Shown one piece after another: positions 58,541 through 64,000 of a stretch of DNA of 64,000 nt. How positions within the stretch are numbered: position 1 is the stretch's first letter; each line of letters opens with the position of its first letter. The notes under the pieces are model-generated. The model did no database searches. It saw nothing but the letters and a program-made list of their open reading frames with translations, and was not told the origin of the DNA. This DNA is from Methylococcaceae bacterium (lineage in GTDB: Bacteria > Pseudomonadota > Gammaproteobacteria > Methylococcales > Methylococcaceae). Position numbers and translations under genes: made by a program. The stretch spans positions 468 to 64,467 of the forward strand of contig JBIIEQ010000010.1 in assembly GCA_044237765.1 (NCBI GenBank), given 5' to 3'.

Positions 58541-59689
58541 ATGAGTTCTAAAAACAGGCATCTTGCGATCTTTGTGTCCTTTTCGGGTAACGGAGGTGTG
58601 GAGCGTGTCACCCTCAACCTGCTGCAGGGCCTCTCCCGGCTGGACGTCAAGGTGGACCTGTTGATGGTCATTGCCAAAAGGGGGCAGCCGCCCTCCATTC
58701 CCTGGCCGAACATTCGCGTCATTGACCTCAAGGTCAAGCACTCGCAGATGGCCATACCCGCCTTGATCCGCTATCTGCGGAGCGAGCGGCCAGATGTGTT
58801 GATGGTGGCCAAGGATCGCGCCGTGAGGGCGGCGATCATTGCGCATTGGCTGGCCCGCGTGAACACCCGGCTGGTGGGGCAGCTTCACATGAACATGACG
58901 GGTTTTCTGAAGAGCAAACCCCGGTTGCACCGATGGCTCAGAGCCGCGCCCATGCGTTGGCTATTCCCCTATCTCGACAGGATCATCTGCGTCTCCGAAG
59001 GAGTGGTCGAGGATACGCTGGCGATTACGGGAATGCCGCCGGATCGCGTGGTGGCCATCCATAACCCCGTGATTACCCCGGAACTCGCCGAACAGGCAAG
59101 GGAGCCGGTTGATCACCCCTGGTTCAACGAGGATATTCCGATCATTGTTGGCGCGGGTCGGCTGACGCCGGAAAAGGATTTTCCTACTCTGATCAGGGCG
59201 TTCGGTCGGGTGCGACAGGAGAGAACTTGTCGGTTGATGATTCTCGGTGAGGGGCCGTTGCAGCCGGAACTGGAGAGCCTGATCGCCGAGCTCGGTCTTT
59301 CAGAGTCTGTTTCGCTCCCTGGTTTTTGCGCCAATCCCTTTGCCTATATGAAAAGGGCGTCCCTGTTTGTAATGTCTTCGGCCTGGGAAGGCTCCGGCAA
59401 CGTATTGGTTGAGGCGCTGGCGCTGGGCATTCCCTCGGTGTCCACAGACTGCCCCTATGGCCCACGGGAGACGCTGGCAGATGGAAAATACGGGCCGCTG
59501 GTGCCTGTTGGCGACCATGAGGCGCTGGCCAGGGCTATGCTGCAGACCATGAACAATCCATTGCCCAGCGACTTCCTGAGACAGGCGGTCACCGAGTTCA
59601 CCATCGAATACAGCGCCCAGCGCTATCTCGACGTGCTGTTTTCCGATTTGCCCAAAAGGTCATTGCCTGGGGTTGGTCATCCGTCATGA
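58541..59689 (+). CDS. GT4-family glycosyltransferase (LPS core/O-antigen related)
   Basis: GGVERVTLNLLQGL at the N-terminus, GRLTPEKDF and EGSGNVLVEALALGIPSVSTD (E-x7-E region). Start at ATG 58541; the track ORF overlaps the SDR gene. Confidence 0.82.
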   Translation: MSSKNRHLAIFVSFSGNGGVERVTLNLLQGLSRLDVKVDLLMVIAKRGQPPSIPWPNIRVIDLKVKHSQMAIPALIRYLRSERPDVLMVAKDRAVRAAIIAHWLARVNTRLVGQLHMNMTGFLKSKPRLHRWLRAAPMRWLFPYLDRIICVSEGVVEDTLAITGMPPDRVVAIHNPVITPELAEQAREPVDHPWFNEDIPIIVGAGRLTPEKDFPTLIRAFGRVRQERTCRLMILGEGPLQPELESLIAELGLSESVSLPGFCANPFAYMKRASLFVMSSAWEGSGNVLVEALALGIPSVSTDCPYGPRETLADGKYGPLVPVGDHEALARAMLQTMNNPLPSDFLRQAVTEFTIEYSAQRYLDVLFSDLPKRSLPGVGHPS

Positions 59690-59774
59690 AGCTTGGGTCG
59701 GCCCACCGCCGTGCGTATGATGCCCGCGTAAATCACTGCCTCACTGGCAAAAGTGCTTTCAAGGTTAATGCGCG

Positions 59775-60968
59775 ATGACGGAGTCAGTTTCAACATTCTC
59801 TGCTGCGACTAGCAAGCTTACTTTTTATGCAGTCCTGATGCTGGCGATCAGTCTGTTACTGGGGCGTGGTCTCTACGCTTTGGCTCTGGTCACTATTCTA
59901 TTAGGGGTTCTCGGACAGGGGGTATCCGGCAATGGGGTTCATCTGTCACGATCGCTCAAACTACTTTTGATTCTGGGTGTCATTCTGTTTGTTCAAGGCA
60001 TCGCGGTTGCTACTGTCGCGTACGACATATCCCCCTATCCGATCCTGTGGTGTCTGATCACTGCCACGGGTATTTGGTGCTTGCCGGGAAGGGCATCAGG
60101 CCAGGTTGTGAATTTTCAGGTCATTGGTTTGATTTTGGTCTTGTTTGTATTTGCCAATTTGACCTTTAACGCTTTCTGGACTCACTGGCCGAGAGATGGC
60201 AAGGTGGGGTTGTTTTCCAATGTGCATTATATGTCGATGTATTGCGTGATGACATTTCCCATCCTGATGTATGCCATCACCAATGCACCATCTCTAAGGG
60301 TTCGCTGGTTTATGAGTCTGACCCTTCTGGGAGACGTCTGGCTTTTGTTGGAAACCCACTCGCGCCCTGGTTATCTTGCAGTCATGTTTTCGGCACTGGT
60401 GGTTATTCCATTTATGGCACCTCACTTGCGCTGGAGACTGGGCACTCTCACGGCCAGTATTCCAATCCTCCTTTACCTTGGTAATGTTGCCGGTTTTTCT
60501 GCTCGGGTCGATGATTTTGCAGATCACTTTGCCCAAGATGAGCGTTGGGAAATCTGGGTCGAGGCCATTCGCTTGCAGATGCAGAGCACTGGTCTACATT
60601 GGCTCCGCGGGCACGGCATTGGCGCCTTTCACCATGACTTTCGGGCCTTTGCCTTGTCGCTTGGTATGGGAACCTATCTGTCCCAGCATAACTTTTTCAT
60701 GGAGATTCTATACAGTCATGGGGTGATAGGACTGATTGTGGTAACGCTTGCATATGGCTTTTTTATCTATCGGCTAGCTCGAATCACATGGTTTGATAAC
60801 TACTTGCCGTCCCGACGAATTGGGTTGCTCCTGCTATCAGTGGCAACAGCACAATGGGTCCACGGATTCTCTACAGTGCCTTTTTTTTCAAGAGATTATC
60901 TTTTACCCCTGGGGTTTGTGCTGGGGGCTGGTTTTTTGTATGCCGAAAAATCCAATCGGGCGCTCTGA
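59775..60968 (+). CDS. O-antigen ligase (WaaL/Wzy_C) family membrane protein
   Basis: About 10-12 TM segments. LLLETHSRPGYLAVMFSALVV is a Wzy_C-like loop. Lies between two glycosyltransferases. Confidence 0.62.
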   Translation: MTESVSTFSAATSKLTFYAVLMLAISLLLGRGLYALALVTILLGVLGQGVSGNGVHLSRSLKLLLILGVILFVQGIAVATVAYDISPYPILWCLITATGIWCLPGRASGQVVNFQVIGLILVLFVFANLTFNAFWTHWPRDGKVGLFSNVHYMSMYCVMTFPILMYAITNAPSLRVRWFMSLTLLGDVWLLLETHSRPGYLAVMFSALVVIPFMAPHLRWRLGTLTASIPILLYLGNVAGFSARVDDFADHFAQDERWEIWVEAIRLQMQSTGLHWLRGHGIGAFHHDFRAFALSLGMGTYLSQHNFFMEILYSHGVIGLIVVTLAYGFFIYRLARITWFDNYLPSRRIGLLLLSVATAQWVHGFSTVPFFSRDYLLPLGFVLGAGFLYAEKSNRAL

Positions 60969-61035
60969 CGGGGTCTGTCCTGCCGGGCCGCTAGATAACC
61001 CGAAGCCCGACCTCCACCACGCTTGTTGATGAGTC

Positions 61036-62004
61036 ATGTCTGATTTGCCCCCGGTAAGCATCATCATCCCCAATTTCAACGGGGCAACTCTCCTGCAGAA
61101 TAATCTCCCCTCTGTACTCGATGCGCTGGAGTGTTATCCGGGGGGTGGCCGCGTGATCGTGGTCGATGACGGTTCCCAGGATGACAGTGTGCATGTCGTT
61201 GCGCAGCATTTTTCGCAAGTCTGGCTGGAAAAGCATGCAACCAATCTGGGCTTTGCCGAAGCCATCCACTCGGGCGTCCGTGTGGCGAAATCTGATGCGC
61301 TGATCTTTCTCAACTCCGATGTCAGGCCCGAGCGAGACTTTATTGCGCCACTGATTCGCTGCCTGAGGGAAGACGGGGTATTTTCGGTCCAGTCGGCGAT
61401 TCGGGAGGAGGCTGGGAATATTCATCCCTACTGTCTGACCCGGTTCCGATTTCGCATGGGCGTGCTCAAGCGACTCAAGACCCTGGATCTGGGGCATCAG
61501 CCTTGGTGGTGTCTCTATGCCTCGGGCGGATCCATGGCCGTGGATAAGGACAGGTTCAATGCCTTGGGCGGTTTTTTGCCCATCTTCAAGCCGTTTTACT
61601 GGGAGGACTTCGATTTGGGCGTTCGCGCCTGGCGACGTGGCTGGAGGACTCTATTGGAACCCACCAGCGTCGTACTTCATCAGGATCGCGGTTCGATCCA
61701 GGATAACGTCAAGCGGCAACGGGTCCGGCGGGCTTTGCAACGTAACAAACTACTGGCCGAATGGATTCATTTCCCAGCCAGCACTCTCGCTGTATTCATG
61801 TTGCCTCGACTGCTTCTGCGGATGTTGACGCGAACATTGGTGGGAGATTTTGGAGTCTGGGCTGCGCTGTTCGGGGCTCTGGGCCGAGTGCCCGAGGTGC
61901 TGGCGACAAGACGCTCCATCAACACGACCGCCAAACAGGGTTTCAGGGAAATCCTGCGTGGTATCGAGCAGGAGAACGCCCGTCATGGACAAAAATCATC
62001 ATGA
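61036..62004 (+). CDS. GT2-family glycosyltransferase
   Basis: VSIIIPNFNGATLL, VIVVDDGSQDDS, FLNSDV, EDFDLGVRAW (D,D,D + ED motif). Confidence 0.85.
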   Translation: MSDLPPVSIIIPNFNGATLLQNNLPSVLDALECYPGGGRVIVVDDGSQDDSVHVVAQHFSQVWLEKHATNLGFAEAIHSGVRVAKSDALIFLNSDVRPERDFIAPLIRCLREDGVFSVQSAIREEAGNIHPYCLTRFRFRMGVLKRLKTLDLGHQPWWCLYASGGSMAVDKDRFNALGGFLPIFKPFYWEDFDLGVRAWRRGWRTLLEPTSVVLHQDRGSIQDNVKRQRVRRALQRNKLLAEWIHFPASTLAVFMLPRLLLRMLTRTLVGDFGVWAALFGALGRVPEVLATRRSINTTAKQGFREILRGIEQENARHGQKSS

Positions 62005-62025
62005 AATTGACTAAAGTAAGCCACC

Positions 62026-63093
62026 ATGCTTGAGATAAGAGCCGGGCGTGATACCGACAAAGCCGCGATCCTTGGGCTGATCAAGGAGGTCTTCGGCGCC
62101 GAGGAAGCGGAACGCGCCGAACGCCGCTGGCATTGGCAATGGCAGGAAGATCCTCGTCTCGGGTCGCCGGGGTATCGCGGGGTCGTCGCCGAATGGAAAG
62201 GGCAGGTCATTGCCAACCTCAGCTGTTTGCCTTCCGGTTTGCATTTGCACGGAGAACCGGTGGACGCCTACTGGTTTGCGGATGCCCTGGCGCATTGGGG
62301 CAGTATCCGACGGGCGATGCGCGAAATGAAACGTGCCGGTGTGGTGGAGGGAGGTCCTGACCTTTCCAAGGGCATCGCCGCCGCCATGCTGAATCATCCG
62401 GCAGCGGGCGATGCGCAGCTGGGCAAGCATCTCACGGATCCCATGGCCGTGGTCGCTTACAAGATTGGATCGAGCGATCAGAAAGACACCGGCAGTTGGG
62501 CGCGCATCATTTCCTTTAGGCAACCCCTGGAGAACTATGTCGGAAAGTTTTTGGCCGGTGTCCTGGGTTGGGTCGCCGACTGGGTGCTGCCTCGCCTGCA
62601 CAGGCCAAGGAAGGAAGTGAGGCGACTGGAAGGTTCCTTTGACGAGCGGTTTGATGCCCTGTGGGAGCAGGTCAGGCGCGAGTATCCGGCCATCACGCGG
62701 CGAGATCGAGCCACCCTGCAATGGCGCTATCGCAAGCACCCCGATACGACTTATACGGTGCTGATCTTGGAAGACCGCGGAGAATTGCTGGGCTATCTGG
62801 TTTACGCCTGCTTTCATCGTCACCAGCAACATCGGGCGCAAATCGTCGATATTCTTGCGCCTCGTGATCACACAGACGTGCTCGATGACTTGCTGAGTGA
62901 TGCTATGCAACGCATGCGACGTGACGGGGTCCACAAGGTCGAATGCTATGCAGGCGGAAAAACCTTGATCACCGCGCTGGAGGGGCTGGGGTTCAAGCAA
63001 AGGTTGCATAACGGAAAGCCTCAATCCACCCTGATCAGAAGGTTGCCCGATGTTGAGCTATACGTCACCCGGGGAGATGGGGATGGCGGTTAG
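62026..63093 (+). CDS. GNAT-like N-acetyltransferase family protein (two-lobed, 355 aa)
   Basis: MLEIRAGRDTDKAAILGLIKEVFG is a GNAT-like start. The C-terminal half (TVLILEDRGELLGYLVY..) looks like a second acyl-CoA N-acyltransferase fold. Assignment is by general appearance only. Confidence 0.45.
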   Translation: MLEIRAGRDTDKAAILGLIKEVFGAEEAERAERRWHWQWQEDPRLGSPGYRGVVAEWKGQVIANLSCLPSGLHLHGEPVDAYWFADALAHWGSIRRAMREMKRAGVVEGGPDLSKGIAAAMLNHPAAGDAQLGKHLTDPMAVVAYKIGSSDQKDTGSWARIISFRQPLENYVGKFLAGVLGWVADWVLPRLHRPRKEVRRLEGSFDERFDALWEQVRREYPAITRRDRATLQWRYRKHPDTTYTVLILEDRGELLGYLVYACFHRHQQHRAQIVDILAPRDHTDVLDDLLSDAMQRMRRDGVHKVECYAGGKTLITALEGLGFKQRLHNGKPQSTLIRRLPDVELYVTRGDGDGG

Positions 63094-63114
63094 TGAGGCC
63101 GGAGAAACCGGAAA

Positions 63115-64000
63115 ATGAGCCTGTGGAGTGGCGTTCGGGCCTGGGCCCATCGGTGGGTAGAGCGCAAGGCCAGGAAAGACAGCGAGCGCAACATCACATT
63201 CCAATGGTTTTTGTTGGCCGGCTTCCGTGACCGTCAGGCCTTTGCAACGCCGCAACCTGACCGTTTAAATCCGATTTATCCTCCCCGCGATCGTTTCTGG
63301 GCGGACCCTTTTGTCTGGCGACGGGAAGGCCGCTATTTCGTCTTCTACGAGGAATACCCCTACGCCACGCGCCGCGGGCATATCAGCGTGATGGAGATGG
63401 GAGAGGATGCCCGTCCATTAGGTGAGGGAAGCCCTGTCATTCGGGAGCCTTACCACCTGTCATATCCCTTCCTGTTTGAGTTCGAGGGTGAGCTCTACAT
63501 GGTTCCGGAAAAGAAAGAAAAACGACGGGTCGACATCTACCAATGCACCCGATTTCCCGATCAATGGGAAGTCGTCAGAACGATTTTTACCGGGGTCAAA
63601 ATGGTGGATTGCACCCTGTTTGAACATGAGGGACGCTGGTGGCTGTTCGGCTCGGTCAAACGCAACGGACTGCGTTATGACGAAACCCTCTTTGCCTATT
63701 ACGCTGACACTCCGCTGAGTCATCGCTGGACACCCCATAAGCTCAACCCGTTGATACGTGATTTCGGCAAGGCCCGTCCTGGTGGAAGAATTCTTCGTGC
63801 TGCCGATGGGCGTCTGTTCCGTCCCTCGCAGGATTGTCTGCGTCGATATGGGGATGGTTTGAATGTCAGCGAAATAACCCGGCTAACCCCCAAGCAGTTT
63901 GACGAACATTCAGTATGGCACCAAAGCGGAGAGGCGGCTGGCTGGCACGCCATGCATCATCTGGATTGGCATGAAGGGCTGATGGTCATGGATGCTCAGA
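63115..64000 (+). CDS. Conserved hypothetical protein, 3'-truncated by the window end (not in the supplied ORF track)
   Basis: ATG 63115 is 9 nt after GGAGA. I translated 295 codons with no stop up to nt 64000 (MSLWSGVRAWAHRW...FWADPFVWRREGRYFVFYEEYPY...LSYPFLFEFEGELYMVPE...). Aromatic-rich, GC-typical codon usage, same strand as the LPS cluster. Confidence 0.55.
   Translation, partial: MSLWSGVRAWAHRWVERKARKDSERNITFQWFLLAGFRDRQAFATPQPDRLNPIYPPRDRFWADPFVWRREGRYFVFYEEYPYATRRGHISVMEMGEDARPLGEGSPVIREPYHLSYPFLFEFEGELYMVPEKKEKRRVDIYQCTRFPDQWEVVRTIFTGVKMVDCTLFEHEGRWWLFGSVKRNGLRYDETLFAYYADTPLSHRWTPHKLNPLIRDFGKARPGGRILRAADGRLFRPSQDCLRRYGDGLNVSEITRLTPKQFDEHSVWHQSGEAAGWHAMHHLDWHEGLMVMDAQ

Noticed and set aside
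1-64000. CRISPR arrays, IS elements, integrases/transposases, prophage genes, rRNA
   Set aside because: I saw no regularly spaced direct repeats and no transposase, integrase or phage-like translations in any frame (XerC at 29328-30263 is the housekeeping chromosome-dimer resolvase in its conserved dapF-yigA-xerC context). I saw no rRNA-like sequence. A by-eye scan cannot exclude short MITEs or REP elements.

Overview
The window looks like a gammaproteobacterial chromosomal segment of about 60-65% GC. Its gene order resembles pseudomonads: rpoE-rseABC-degP-lepA-lepB-rnc-era-recO-pdxJ, lptM-lysA-dapF-DUF484-xerC, and exbBD-lpxK-ycaR. Most of it is housekeeping. That includes rlmL, acyP, kdsB, rsgA, orn, ntrBC, glgP, dusA, folE, mrcB and an LPS-core/O-antigen-ligase glycosyltransferase cluster at the 3' end.

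Four regions stand out.
1) 15.5-23.2 kb is a lower-GC block of eleven genes, all on the minus strand, sitting between ycaR and kdsB. It holds two diverged copies of a two-gene cassette (an SRPBCC/START-like protein followed by an effector-less LOV blue-light receptor). These bracket a RatA/COQ10-like SRPBCC protein and a membrane His-box (fatty-acid hydroxylase/sterol desaturase family) enzyme. An NDH-2-like flavoprotein precedes them, and periplasmic antioxidant enzymes flank them (glutathione peroxidase, MsrPQ). I consider this the best candidate for an undescribed, light-linked lipid/quinone or photo-oxidative-stress system.
2) 35.1-37.0 kb is an HvfABC/bufferin-type RiPP operon: a Sec-exported Cys/Met-rich precursor, a DUF692 maturase of the MNIO family (multinuclear non-heme iron oxidative enzymes), and a DUF2063 partner.
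3) 2.2-9.0 kb has an OpgG-family protein without opgH, next to a tandem-discoidin (alpha/alpha)6 glycosidase-like protein and a GH1 beta-glucosidase. A DUF433/DUF5615 toxin-antitoxin pair lies among them.
4) 1-1.8 kb is a compositionally mosaic IPTL-CTERM surface protein, followed by a structured 400-nt spacer.

I saw no rRNA, intact tRNA, CRISPR array, IS element or integrase. All calls come from reading motifs in the supplied translations by eye; no database search was run. Start codons were refined by hand where the ORF track clearly over-extends.
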